From the human T2T-CHM13v2.0 reference genome, Homo sapiens, in NCBI RefSeq assembly GCF_009914755.1, contig NC_060938.1: a DNA stretch of 64,000 nt; one strand, 5' to 3'. The notes beneath the pieces were generated by a model that was given only the letters and a program-made list of their open reading frames with translations, ran no database searches and was not told the origin of the DNA. This document shows positions 24,060 to 43,953 of the stretch, piece after piece (within the stretch, counting starts at the first letter, position 1; every line of letters begins with the position of its first letter). The translations under genes were made by a program, and so were the position numbers.

Positions 24060-26308
24060 AGGACTTTAGGTGATAGACTTTTTTGTGATGAATTTTCCAG
24101 GTGTTCTTTGAGCTTCTTGTATTTGGATGTCTAGGTATCTAGCAAGGACAGGGGAGTTTTCTTCAATTATTTCCTCAAATAAGGTTTTCAAGCTTTTAGA
24201 TTTCTCTTCTTCCTCAGGAACACCAATTATTCTTAGGTTTGACTGTTTAACATAATCCCACATTTCTTGGAGGCTTTGTTCATTTTTTAAAAATTATTTT
24301 TTCTTAGTCTTTGTTTGATTGGGTTAATTTGAAAGCATTGTCTTTGCGCTCTGAAGTTTTTTCTTCCGCTTGTTCTAGTCTAGTGTTGAAACTTTCCAGT
24401 GGATTTTGTATTTCTCTAAGCATGGCTTTCATTTCCAGAAGTTGTGATTATTTTTTCTTTATGATATCTATTTCTCTGGGGAATTTTTCACCCATATCCT
24501 ATATTTATGTATATATATATTTTTTAATTTTTAAAGTTGTTTTTTCACCTTTCTCTGGTATCTCCTTGAGTAGCTTAATGATCTTCTGGATTGTTTATCT
24601 GGCAATTCAGAGATTTCTTCTTGGTTTGGATCCATTGCTGGGGAGCTAGTGTGATCTTTTGGAGGTGATATAGAACTCTGTTTTATCATATTACCAGAAT
24701 TACCTTTCTAGTTCCTTATCATTTGGGTAGACTATTTCAGTGGAAAGGTCTGGAACTCAAGTCCTGCTGTTCAGATTCTATTATCCCATGGGGTGATCCT
24801 TTGATGTGGTGCTCTCCCCCTTCCCCTAGGGATGGGACTTTCTGACCACTGGACTGCATTGGCTGTTACTGCTTTTCTGGGTCTAGCCTCCCAGTGGCGC
24901 TACCAGGTTCCAGCTGGTGCTGGGGAATGTCTGCAAAGAGTCCTGTGATGTGATCTCTCTTCAGGTCTCCCAGCCATGGATACCATTACCTGCTCTGGTG
25001 GAGGTGGAAGGGGAGTGAAGTAGACTCTGTGAGAGTCCTTGGTTGTAGATATGTGTAGTGTGCTGGGTTTCTTGAATGCTGGTTATGCTAGCAGTGAAGT
25101 TTTCATGTGGACACACTCAGGACCTCTGTTTAGCCAGGATGTTGCAGGCATTGGAATTAGGTGTTATCTTCTCCTTCCTGGGTTCAGGGTTATTCTGTCA
25201 TGAGTTGCTGTAATGGCCTGTGTTGTTTGGCCTCCAGCCAAGAAGTGGTGCTTTCAAGAGAGCACCAGCTGCATTGGTAGTAGAGGGATCTAGGTTTGCC
25301 CTAAGTTGGCCAGGGTGAGTATTTTGGTTTCTCAGATGATGGGTGGGGCCTGAAAGCTCCCAAGAGTTTCTATCTTTTGTGTTTGGTTACCAGGGTGAGT
25401 AAAGAAATACCATCATGTTGGGGCAGGGTTAGGTGGGTCTGGGCTCAGAGTCTCCTTGGGTGGGGTTTGCTGTGGCCACTGTGCGGGATGTGGGGGTGGT
25501 TCTTAGGCCAATGGGGTTATTTTCCAGAGGGGATCTTGGCTACCTCTGTTGTGTCATATAATTCACCAGGGAAGTGGCGGAAAGCTGGTAGCGAGAGGTC
25601 TCACCCAGCTCCCACACAGTTGGCAAGGCCAGTCTCACTCCCAAAGTGCCCCACTCAGATCTTGCCCAAGGCTGTGAACTTTCCCACTGAGAAAGCAAGC
25701 ATGGATTTCAGATATCACCCCTCCCCATCTGCCCACTCCAACGGGAGTGGCTTCTTTGCTTCTGAGTTCATGTGCTCATATTGCCAAAGCTCCCACTCGT
25801 CCCCTAGACTCCACTAAAGAAAGTTTGTGTCCAATTGAAACCACTACCAATTTCAGTTGGAAGCTTCCTTCACCTGGTGACCCCTCCCCAATTCCACTGG
25901 CTGCCTTCCCTGAGAGATCCTGTGAGATATAGTCAGGAATGGCTTCCCTGGGCTCAAGCTGAAGATTGGAAGTGCCTTGCAGTCTTCTGATACTGATACT
26001 TCTACTTTTATATTTTGTGTGACTGCCTACATTTGTTTCAGTTCAAGGTAAGGTTAAATTCTCCCTTGATCTGGATTTTCAGATTCCCCAGTGGGGATGT
26101 GTGTTCAGAGGCAGGTTTTTTCCCTCTCACACTTTGGGAACTTACAGTTTTTCACCTGTTTTGCAAAATTTGCAGCAGTGTCCTGCTTCTTTCAAAGGGT
26201 GTGTGAATTCCTTTGGTTTTCCTGGTGTGTTCCCGTGGTGGTTCTTGGAACAAAAGAACACAGTATGAGTCTTCACATACTGTTGTGTCCATCTAAGTGG
26301 GAGTTGCA
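24060..26308 (-). mobile_element. L1PB-like 5'UTR plus 5' half of ORF1 only (3'-truncated)
   Basis: ORF1 fragment WDYVKQSNLRIIGVPEEEEK (24066-24263); 5'UTR clearly homologous to 7600-9170. Confidence 0.85.
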
Positions 26309-26499
26309 TGTGGGTTTAAAGAAACCTGACTCATGAAGGACTTCCCATTTTTTGTACTGCCATGATCATCAGTGCATTATTACTGTCTCACACTGTTTCT
26401 TCATAGTGTCTCTCATCCTTCAGATCTCACCTTTTACTGGTATTATTATGGATCCTAGTAATTTATTTAAAAAACAGCAAAAGCTTAAACTCTCCTCCT

Positions 26500-26998
26500 T
26501 TGAGTCTCATGGGGTTGGAGTGGAGTTGTTGGTTTGGATCCTTGCCCAGGTAGCTTTCAGATCCAGCCCTCATCTTCCTGCTGCTCTTCTCTGTGACACA
26601 GTCTACATCACACAGATTTCTCTGTCTGACAGCTCTGTCTTCTTGGACCAAGCCAATGGGTGGTGCTGAAGAATTAGGGTCTTTTTCCTTCCCACTCTTT
26701 CTTCTTAGCTTGCGGACTGTTTCAGGATGACTCCTCTGCTCTCCTCCTGGCTCCAGCTCTCACCTGGCAGGCTAGATATGGTTTCATATTCTGCCAGGTG
26801 ATCAGGGTCCTGGCAACACTGCTTGCTCCCTCCATGCCTCCAGCTAGGTGTGGTAGTGGCTTCCTGCTATTGCTAATCTCTCGGTTGATTCATTTTACCC
26901 TCTTTGGCTCCTGTCATGTAATCAGTTCCCTGGAATAAACTCCTTTTGTTTGCAAATATTTGGAGTGGTTTCTGTCTTCTTGGACCCTGACTAAGACA
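26500..26998 (+). mobile_element. Old ERVL LTR (LTR33-like)
   Basis: 3' terminus ...ggagtggtttctgtcttcttggaccctgactaagaca resembles LTR33-family ends; left boundary approximate. Confidence 0.55.
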
Positions 26999-27005
26999 CT
27001 CTGGG

Positions 27006-27446
27006 GTATTAATTTCTTAGTGCTGTTATAACAAAGTATTACAAACTGCTGGCAGCAGGCAACAGAAATTGATTCTTTCACTGTTCTGGAGGCCAGAAGC
27101 CTGAAATCAAGGTATCAGCAGAGTTGGTTCTTTCTGGAAGTGTCTGGCAAAGTCTGTCCCATGCTTCTCCTAGCTTCTAGGGGTATCAGCAATCCTTGCC
27201 ACTGCCTCGGCTTGTAGATGCATTGCTCCAATCTCTGTATCTGTTGCTGGGTGATCTTCCCTGTGTGTCTGTGTCCACATTTACCTGTTTTAAAGTGATG
27301 CCAGTCATTTGATTAGGGTCCCTCTTAATCAAGTATGAACTTATTCTAACTTAGTTACATCTGCAAAACCCTGCTTCCAAATGCTGTCACATTCATAGGT
27401 GGTGGGTGAACATAAACTTTGGGGGGACACTATTCAACCCAATACA
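27006..27446 (-). mobile_element. MLT1 (MLT1C-like) MaLR LTR
   Basis: ataacaaagtattacaaact...ctgttctggaggccagaag...ggggggacactattcaacccaataca. Confidence 0.8.
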
Positions 27447-28869
27447 GTTGGATTTTAGTTTGAGTCTTTTGTTCAACAAACAGGCCGAGACAAGGATTTA
27501 GTTAGAGGTAATTAATTTTTTTTCTGAGATAATTCCAAGAGACTGGAGCGAGGAAGTAGGAAGAATGAAACAGGGAAAATAAGGAGAGCTAACCATGAGT
27601 GCATTACTGAGCTACCTATTGCTGTGGGTATCTGGAGCTGAATCCTGCTGGGGACTCTTTGAGAATCCATAAAGAATGGATGTCAGCATTGTCTTTCCAA
27701 AATTCAGGAGGCTGGGTCATTTGCCTGGTAATTCCTGTTTCCAGGTGGTTGAAATTTGTCTCTAGGAGCATTAATTCTTTCTCACTTGAGGGCTAAGACT
27801 GCTCTTGGACAGAACAAATTTTTATAGCTCCAGAGAACGTCCTGAGAGAAAAGCTCAGAGGTGCTTGGGTGCCTGGGCACTCGAGGGGCAGCCCAAGGCA
27901 CAGTGGGCCAAAGTGATGTATTGCAAGGAAAATAACATCTATTTCCAGGGCTATCTATGACCCTCCTTATTATCCAGGTCTGGCCTGTGTCTTATGGAGG
28001 AGGTGAACTCTCTTTAATCAGTTTACTAAGGTTTCTTCTTTTCGCTTGTCACTGCTTCAGTCTTCTGAAGAGGCAAGGTCCCTCCCCTGGGGCTCCTGCT
28101 GCTCTCATTCACTCTTCAAGTGTGGCCGCTCTCTTCTGCATCTTCACCTCCTCTGATGATGGAAGAAGACTTGACTCATTGGCTGTGAAGGAAAGTTAAA
28201 AAGAAGTCATGTTTTGTGTTTCTTTTCTATTTCTTTTTTAAATTTACAGTTTCTATTATTGACAGTACTTATTATGTGTTTGTTGTGTTAGTGATGTTTC
28301 CGCACTCATCTGATTCAGAATTTGTACAGCCACCTTAGCTTTAGTGCTTTTGTTTCCGGTCCACTCACCTAGTGGCTGGCTGATGGAAAGAATATCCTAA
28401 GGTAACCGGTCTGGGGCCCCAGGAGCTGTGTGTGATGTGCTGGATGATACTGGCTAAGCTGGCTCACTCCACATGCTGAGTATAGGTGCCAGGGAGAGAT
28501 TATGTATATAGTTTGTCATTTGGGGTCAGATCAGGGGGTCTAATGGCAGTCAGGGCTGAGTCATAGGGTCAGAAGAACACAGATGTGCAAAACATGTGAG
28601 CTGGGATACATTTTCTCTAATATTTTGAGGAGAGCTGGTGCCTGTAAGCTCGGGGATATCAGAGCTCATCACATTTCTAACTGGCCTGCCTAACTAAACA
28701 ATCAATAAACAACTGAAGATAAAATAATGGCCAAAAAATCTGTGGCTTGATTATGTTAAAGTTGATTGAAATGAAACACAGTGACAAGTGCAAGAAAAAA
28801 ACTTAAAATGTACCTTAGAAAGAGTATGTGGCTAATTAGTTTGCTGAATAAATGAGAAAATACTCTATA

Positions 28870-29110
28870 TCATAACAACAACTAGAATTTACTGAGTCCT
28901 TATGTTTTTAAGTACTTTATGTTCTTCCTATCATAGAATTATCCCAGAAATTATGCAAGGTAGGTATTGATACTATCTCTATTTTTACATGAAAAAGTTG
29001 TGATCAAGAGAAGTTAAGTAACTTGCTCAATCTCACACTGTGAGGAGGGAGTAGCCAGGGTTTGAGCATCATAGCTTGATTCCAGAGCATCTGATATTAA
29101 CCACTACACC
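28870..29110 (-). mobile_element. MIR SINE
   Basis: Core-like ...tattttta catgaaaaagttgtgatcaagagaagttaagtaacttgctcaa...cacac. Confidence 0.75.
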
Positions 29111-29329
29111 ACTAAATTCCATGGAATCTGGAAAAAAAGAGGGTCAAAGATTTTTCTACAGCTCTTATGGGGTCCTTTTCTGTGTGAGACTCACAGATAC
29201 TGGAGATGAGATTCCTTGGCTCTGTTGGAGGACACAAAAACACTAGTGATTAGATAAGGATGGTGAAGGCCATGCTTAGAGGAATGGAAAGAATGATGTG
29301 GAGAAATGCAGAAGAAGGTGTGCTTCAGC

Positions 29330-29850
29330 ACTAAAGATTTTAGTCATTTAAAACAATAACAATATTTACCTTGCCCACGAGCCTGCAATTTGGATCAGGG
29401 TTGGTGTTGATAGCTTGTCACTGCTCCCCTCCATGTCAGCAGGGGCAACTTGAAGCCTGGAGGCTGGAATCATTTGAAGGTTCACTCACTCACAGGTTCA
29501 GCAGTAGTTGCTGGGAGCTTCATGTCTTCTTCATGGCGGCCTCCCTATGTTGCTTCACTGCATGGGATTGTTTCTCACCACTTGGTGGCTGGGTTTCCCA
29601 GAGTGATCATCCTCCCAAAAAGTGAGCCAGGCAGAAGCTGTGTCCTTTTTGTTACCTAGACTTTGAAGTCATATGGTATCCATTCTACAACATTCCATTG
29701 CTTGGAGCAATCTAAAGCCCCCACCCAGATTTAAAAGAAAGGGACATAGACTTTGCCTCTCAGTGAGAGGAGTGTTGAAGTCATGTAAGGAGAGCTGCTG
29801 GGATGGGAGATGTGCAGTGGCAGTCATTACAGAAAGTACAATCTGCCACA
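29330..29850 (-). mobile_element. MLT1 (F/G-like) MaLR LTR
   Basis: aaaacaataacaatattta...ctgcaatttgg...gaagctg...aaagtacaatctgccaca terminus. Confidence 0.65.
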
Positions 29851-30250
29851 TTGCGTTAGGTGCATGAAGGATTCGTCAGAGAAGAGTTGAAGCTACTTTG
29901 ATTGGTATAAGCCTTGGGCATAGCTTTTGGATAGACTGAGATCTGCTTTGTCTAAACTTTATATACTATGAATGGAAGGAGGGTTAGTTTTCCAGGAAGA
30001 CAATCTCTTTAGTGAATTACTAATTCCATGTGAACTAAAAACTGATGCCAGGGAGCCAAATAGTATCCTCACATTTCTGTCTAGGACACATTTCTGATAT
30101 CCTTGTACAATAGTCTTCCTTTATCTGCAGTTTCAATTTCTGCAGTTTTGGTTACCCATGGTCAACAGTGCTCTGAAAACAGTAAGATATTTTAAGAGAG
30201 AAACCAGATTTACATAACGTTTATTAGAATATATTGTTATAATTGTTCTA

Positions 30251-37040
<6,790 letters not shown>

Positions 37041-38054
37041 CACCATCTTGCCACATCTCCATTCTACTTTATTGTTAGTTATTATTGTTAATCTCTTACT
37101 ATGCCTAATGTATAAATTAATCACAAGTATGTATATATAGGAGAAAGCATAGTATACAGTAGTATACAGTATATAAGTTTCAGTACTACCCGTGGTTTCT
37201 TGCATCCACTGAGGGTCTTACTGCTTATTCCTGGCAGATAGGGGAGGACTACTTTACTGTTTGCTTAACAAATTTTGCTGGTTATTCCCCCATAATGGAA
37301 GAAAAAAGAAGGGTCATGACCTTGAAAATCTTGTTGGTTCTAAATATCTTCATTCCAGTTCTTTTAAAAAGCAACAAAACCTTTGTGAAAGAAACAAAGC
37401 ACACTGTCAACAGTGACCTTGGCAGGGTGGGTAGCCACAGCAATCTAGAGTGGGGTGCCTAGATCTGTGTGAGGTGGGGAAAACACCCACACCAGGCCTT
37501 CTTCCAATGTGGTCACACTCCTTACCCCACATGGGCTTGGACACCCTGCACTAAGCAGCTCTAGTGGGCTTGGGATGTCAGAATACATGTAAGGTGAGGA
37601 AGCTCTTCCTGTGGGAGGGCAGCCTAGCAGTGGGAGTGGAAGTCACTTGTGGTGAGGAAGACATTCATGCAAGGGGGTGATCTAGTACATGGTATCCAAG
37701 CTCAAGTGGGGTGACAGCAGCCTTCACAGATGCTTAGGTAATCATATAGAGAACTTGAGAAATTTAGGCCTATGACAACGGTTTCTCATAAAAAATATGG
37801 TGATTTGGTTCTACATATAATTTTCTAATCTTGGCTCATGTAAGTCCAGCCTAACTTATGTCTCTGACCTTGATGTTTTGATGAAATTTTCTGAGTCTAA
37901 AAGTTTGAAAATGAATAGTTTGTGTAAATTTAATATGGCAATGCAACCCTGTGAGTCTGTTAGGAACCAACCCTCAAGAATTTTCTAGCAGCACATACAA
38001 GGAGATATGGCTTTGTGACTGCCACCTCATGGAGGCTGCCCAAGGACAGCCAAA

Positions 38055-39180
38055 TATGTAAAAAAATTCTAATAGCCAAGGCACTCTTGAGTAAAAAGAA
38101 TAAAGCTGGAGGCTTTGTTTGGAGAAAGTATTTGTGATCCTTAAATCTAATTAGGGATTTATATCCAAAATATATAAGGAATTCAAACAACTCAATAGCA
38201 AGAAACCAAAAATCCCAATTAAAAAATGGGCAAAGGAACTGAATAGACATTTTTCCAAAGAAGACATGCAACTGGCCAAGAGATATATGAAAAAATTCTC
38301 AACATTACTAATCATCAAAAAATGCAAATTAAAACTGCAATGAGCTATCACTTTACACCTGTCAGAATGGCTATTATCAAAAAGACAAAAAATTATAAAT
38401 GTTGGTGAGGATGTGGAGAAAAGGAAACCATTGTACACTGTTGATGAGAATGTAATTAGTATGGCCATATGGAAAGCTGTATGGAGCTCCTCAAAAGACT
38501 AAAAGTAGAATTATATGATCCTGCAATCTCACTTCTGAGATAGATCCGAAGGATTCGAAATCAGTACATTGAAGAGATAGTTGCACTCTCATGTTCATTG
38601 CTGCACTATTTACAATAGCCAATATATGGAATCAACAACCTAAGGGTCCATCAGTGGATTAATGGATAAGGAAAATGTGGTATATATACCCAATGGAATA
38701 GTATTCAGCCTTAACAAAGAATGAGATTCTGTTATTTGTTGCAACATGGATGAACCTGTAAGACACCATGCTAAGCAAGATAAGCCAGGCACAGAAAGCC
38801 AAATGCTGCATGATCTCATTTATTACGTGGAGTCTAAAGCAATTGAACTCATAGAAGCAGAGTGTGTAATGGTGATTACCAGAGGCTGGGAAGTGGGGGA
38901 ATGAAAAGATGTTAGTCAAAGAGTACAAAGTTTCAGTTAGGCAGGAAGAATAAGTTTTTAAAGATCTATGGTACATCATGGTGACTATAGTTAATAATAA
39001 TAATGTATGTTTTGAAATTGCTAAAAGTAAATTTCAAATGTTCTCACTACGAAAAATGTTAAGTATTTGAGATGATAAAATGTTAATTGGCTTGATTTAA
39101 TCAGTGTACATTGTGTATATATATATCATAACATCACTTTATACCCCATAAATATATACAATAACAAATTTTAAAAAGTA
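38055..39180 (+). mobile_element. 3' part of an old L1MA element
   Basis: ORF2 C-terminal remnant and L1MA-type 3'UTR (gagtacaaagtttcagttaggcaggaagaataag...ataccccataaatatataca). Confidence 0.8.
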
Positions 39181-39649
39181 AATTTAAAGCTGTCATTTGA
39201 TAGCAGATTTAGTTTTTTAAAAATGTATAAATCCTAGCATGGAAAAAATAGCAAAGGGAGAAGGTAAAGGGAGTTAAATTTATTCATTACTTACCATGAT
39301 CCAGAGGACACATTAGTTACTTTACATTTGTTGTGTTATTTAAAAATTCTAAATGGGAGCTATTATTATCACTTTTAAAGAAAAATTAGTACATCAAGGA
39401 GAATGGGATCCCTCAGTACACACTTGTATCCAAATGCAAGTTTTCCACTGTCTCGTCTTGTAAATAGTGATGGTCACAGGTAGGCAGATCTCAGCTCAGC
39501 TGTCATGGCATGTGAGTCTGATGACCTCAGGATCTCTCTCTAAGGAGGTATCTGAGTAGAGGTTGGAAGGGCTCTTGGCCAAGGAGGCTGGGAAGTCATT
39601 ATGCGGGTGGGTGTTATACCATCTCTGAGAAGCTGTGCAGAAGACTTTA

Positions 39650-40720
39650 TCTCAAGAAGCCTATCTGGTATGATTCTTTATCTGTTGTAGTGCCTCAAAA
39701 TTTCCTTTTAAAGGGTCTTAGTAGTCTTATCTTATTGGGCTACAGTAGTCCTCCAATGACCTTCACTAATGGTCATGGAAATATTAGGAGGTATCTCAGT
39801 GAATCCCATCTTCCCATGGCAATCAGGATTAATCACCCAGCTACTAAAGTAACCTACTTATCTGACTGTTGACTTCTTTCTCAGGAATTGAGACCTCTAG
39901 ACCAGTAAAGCTCAAGATTATGGTGTAACTCCTAATCAGAGGGGCAAGGAATGTTTGGAAACATTCCCTGTTTCCAAAACAATGTATTCTAGCTATGAAA
40001 GAACCAACATTGTATATTTATTATTGCTTAAAAGCATATGCTACATCCTCCCAGCACCTTGGGAGGCCGAGGCGGGTGGATTACAAGGTCAGGAGATTGA
40101 GACCATCCTGGTTAACACAGTGAAACCCCGTTTCTACTAAAAATACAAAAAAAAAAAAATTAGCTAGGTGTGGTGATGGGCGCCTATAGTCCCAGCTACT
40201 CAGGACGCCAAGGCAGGAGAATGGTGTGAACCCGGAAGGCGGAGCTTGCGGTGAGTCGAGATTGCGCCACTGCACTCCAGCCTGGGCGACAGAGCGAGAC
40301 TCCATCTCAAAAAAAAAAAAAAAAAAAAAAAAGCATATGCTACATCCTGTAGCACAGCATCCCAATCTTGCCGGTAGCTGTTTCTCAGCTGTCATTATTT
40401 TCAGTCTTCAGTACGCTATTCTGCAATTCTCTCAGGTCAGCTACTTCTAAGTGTTATGGTCCATAAACACATTGCTGCCATGGTGACATATGTTAGTTGG
40501 TCAAAAGCAATGTTGTGTGGGTTACCAAGATAAGAAGTAAACCCTATAAGCTGTGTAAGTTCACAAAGAGTGGTACTGGGAGAAGCATGGTGGTGGGCTG
40601 GGAAGGCAGTCACACCAATACATATTCCCAGAAACAACTTAGCAAGATTTTGCTTTCTTTGGGGTCTATCTCCTCCATGAGCCCACTTGGCAGTTCTCTT
40701 CCTGACTGTGCTGGGACCTG
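39650..40720 (-). mobile_element. Ancient ERVL internal relic: integrase core followed by dUTPase
   Basis: Minus translations ...TAFPAHHHASPSTTLCELT...GNPHNIAFDQ... and [11 protein letters not shown] resemble ERVL integrase; near 39810-39860 VTLVAG/VINPDCHGKMG resembles the ERVL dUTPase motif GVIDPDY. Boundaries approximate. Confidence 0.7.
40050..40328 (+). mobile_element. AluY, slightly 5'-truncated, inserted in the ERVL relic
   Basis: Perfect TSD AAAAGCATATGCTACATCCT at 40030-49 and 40329-48. Confidence 0.93.
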
Positions 40721-41522
40721 ATTCTTCCTGTGGCCCTGGAGGAAAAGAGGGATGGTGGGAGTAGATCTCAGTGGGCTGAGGCATTTCCTTTCCTAGAGTC
40801 AGTAGGGACACTAGAGAGATTTTAAGCAAGGGAAGGATTATTTCTTCATATGGTAGGGGTTGGGGGGGAAACTTCCACAGACCAAGGAGATTTGAAGCAG
40901 TCAGCATGTTTAAAGTACTTACCTGCCTCTGAGTCCACCCAAATGCACCTGTGGACAGATTTCAGCTTACCAAAGGGAAGTGCTTTGAATACTTCTCACT
41001 AAATAGCTGCTGGAGAAGCCCAAAGTCTTTCTTTCCAGGGAGGCGTCTGAGCATAAACTTAATTCTTGTCTGGAGATTCCAGAAAGTCATCTTGGGGTGA
41101 GCATTAGAAGACTTTTAAAGCTACTTTCTGGCCTGGTTGTCAGGGGGCATGGGCTCTGTTCAGGCTCTGTCCTAACTTCTGTGATATTTTCAGTCAGTCA
41201 CTACCCTTTCCTGAAACTTTGTTTCTTTCTTCTTGCTCAGAAGTGGATAAAGTCCTACAACAATGATTTTCAAGCCTGTTTTAAACCACAGAACCATTTC
41301 CCCAAAGTAAGTATCATACCTAAACTGATTATGAATGTGACCAGGCAACTTTAAAAAATACTATTATTTTGTTTTGCTGCCTGTGTTTTCCTTTTCCAAT
41401 GAAGGAACCAAGTCATTAGTATGTCTTAGGTGCAGGGATTTTTTTTCCAGCTCCAAATCAGAAGCTGTGTGACACCCACTTATTTTATAAAAGTGCCCAA
41501 GATTATTAAGAGATTGAGTTGC

Positions 41523-41822
41523 GGCCGGGTGTGGTGGCTCACACCTGTAATCTCAGCACTTTGGGAGGTCGAGGTGGATCACTTGAGGTCAGAAGTTCAA
41601 GAACAGCCTGGCCAACATGTTAAAACCCTGTCTCTACTAAAAATACAAAAATTAGTCGGGTGTGATGGCGCACACCTGTAATCCCAGCTACTCAGGAGGC
41701 TGAGGCAGGAGAATCGCTTGAACCCAGGGGGCAGAGGTTGCAGTGAGCTGAGATTGCACCATTGCACCCCAGCCTGGCCGATAAGAGTGAAACTCTGTCT
41801 CAAAAAAAAAAAAAAAAAAAAA
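41523..41822 (+). mobile_element. AluS (Sq/Sp-like)
   Basis: Dimeric Alu with AAGAGTGAAACTC end; approximate TSD GATTG(A/T)GTTGC. Confidence 0.9.
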
Positions 41823-42557
41823 GGATTGTGTTGCAGCATGCTTTGTGCACACTGAGATGAGAAAGGGCGCAACTTTGACAGTTACATGATCCTAGAGGGA
41901 GATTTTACTCCATGCCACAAGAGTGTAGCTGTGTATATTTGAGACAGGGAAGCATTAATCTAGAGCTAGTACTTATGTTCAACTCCCAGGCAGTACTCCA
42001 TATTAGTGGCAAGACCTTGGAGAGGTGGTTGCTGGGAGTGTTTGGCAGGGTGAGCTTAACACTGGGCAACCCTTATTCAACAATATGTCATATACTCTAT
42101 CGGTGGCCTCCAAGCCAAGAACTTCCTAACATTCACAAGTCCAGGTAGTTCTGGAAACTATGAATGTAGCAGTAATCAGTGGCCTAAACATTCGAGGCAT
42201 TGTTCCATTTTTCCAGCCTGCGTGAGCCTTCCTGATTCTAGTTTCATTCTGTACAGGCAGGAGCCTGTATAATGACAGGGATTATGCTTCTGAGTGGTCC
42301 AATCAAATGGGTGTTTTTCCTACAATTTGAATCTTTATAATGACATTCATCCTTGCTACTTTTTAAACAAATGAAAATAAGCCTGCCCTAGTTGTCTTCT
42401 TCCTGCCCTGCTACTCTTCCCCCTAGGTGAAGATGACGCTCCATTGAACAGTTTGACAACTTCATGTCTAGAAAGTAAATGATTAAAGTTGTTTTCAAAT
42501 CCCATACATTGCTGTTCTGGGGTCGCACGTGACAATACTTATACAAACTGTGTGAAT

Positions 42558-43342
42558 ATCTGGCCTCTTTCTCATATCTTCCAACCTACGATACCCAGAG
42601 ACCCACGTGGTTCCATAAGGGCCTTGCCACTGAGATGCCAGCCCACCTCATGCCCTGGCAGGGAGGGGCCTCAGAAAAACCAGAAATAAAAATAAGATAC
42701 AAATACTTTAATCCCATGGATTTCCATATACATCTCGCTCTTGTGAACTAATCTGAAGGACAGAAAGTGAGTGAAACAATTTGGATGAAAATTCTCAACA
42801 TTGTCAGTTTCACTTGGGTTCAGATGATAGAGTCTGTTATTGTGTTCTCTTACTATCCTCTATGCCTGGTACATAGTAAGTGCTCAATGAGTATTTGTTT
42901 GTTGATTGATAGAAAAGATTGTGCTTTCTAGTCCTTCTGCAGAAAGGAGTCCTTTTGAACTCAAAGGGCTGATGTAGCCCAGGTGGCTAGCAGGGAATCT
43001 TAGCCTAGAGGCCAGCAGTGACCAAGAGGAACAGGTTTAAAGGGGCTCAGCCTGCTGACTGCCCAGGTGGGCAGTGAACCTTGAGTGTATGGGAGGACAC
43101 TGGGCTGGATGGGAGGGGTTGAGCTGGCCCTACCTAGGGGAGAGATGGAGCCAAGGGTTGGAGAGAGACCGTGCCAGCCTTGTCCTCCATGGGTCTTACC
43201 TGGTTGCCACACAGGCCTGGTTTTTCTGAGGCCCCTCTCTGCCAGGGCATGAGATGGGCTGGCGTCTCAGTGGCAAGGCCCTTATGGAACCACATGGGTC
43301 TCTGGGTATCTTAGGTGGGTAGATATGAGGGAGGGGCCAGAT
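42558..43342. repeat. 126-bp ungapped inverted repeat pair (42558-42683 / 43217-43342), 533-bp spacer
   Basis: Manual alignment gives 116/126 identical with no gaps; also visible as shared peptide text in ORFs 42489+ and 43196-. Confidence 0.95.
42830..42912 (+). mobile_element. L2 3'-end remnant
   Basis: tgcctggtacatagtaagtgctcaatgagtatttgtttgttgattga. Confidence 0.65.
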
Positions 43343-43858
43343 CAGATCAGTGTGGTCTGGAGAGGACAAGAGTTGGTGGATTCTGAGAACACTCAGCAGG
43401 GATGAAGAGAAGGGGCAGCCAAGAGGCTGGAGGACGAGCTGAGCCTTGAGCTCAGAGGAGGGTAGAGAAACTAAGCCCAGGGGAGAATGAGGAGCCCCAG
43501 TGGGGGATGAGGAGTTAGGTCCCATGGTATTATCCCTTTTTTCTCTGTCATGTAACACTGGAGAAGGAGGTAAGAAGTTTACCCTAAGCCCCAGGACCAA
43601 AGTGGTCCATGTTGTCTCCTGATGGTGCTCAGCTTCAGCCTTGGCAGAAGGGCAGGACCTGGAGAAACTGGTGTGGATAGGAAGGAGCTGAGTATCAGCT
43701 TCATGTGGGGGTTTGGGGAGGTGGCAAGGGGTGAGGGGAGAGGAGAAAGCAGAAAACAGCAAAATTGTGTCATTGGCCTGCATAGCACAGATGTGGTGCC
43801 TGAGAATGAGGGTCAATGAATAAACAAGAAACCAGCTTTTCCACTCAGCTAAGAGGTA

Positions 43859-43864
43859 TTTATT
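43859..43864 (-). terminator. GZMB polyadenylation signal AATAAA
   Basis: tttatt on + strand, about 90 nt past the stop codon. Confidence 0.85.
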
Positions 43865-43953
43865 CAGTTGCTGGCACCTCTCCCAGTGTAAATCTGGACT
43901 TGGCTCCAGAGAAGGTGTTTCATCACAGCGGGGGCTTAGTTTGCTTCCTGTAG

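Noticed and set aside
42620-42642. CTCF-like motif in the inverted-repeat arms, and partial matches in GZMB intron 4 (44205-44240)
   Set aside because: Needs an indel or several core mismatches; not supportable without a PWM scan or ChIP data.
43196-43816. 206-aa ORF just downstream of GZMB on the same strand
   Set aside because: No recognisable domain, Pro/Ser/Leu-rich composition typical of non-coding frames, lies past the poly(A) signal, and no matching ORF at the GZMH paralogous flank.
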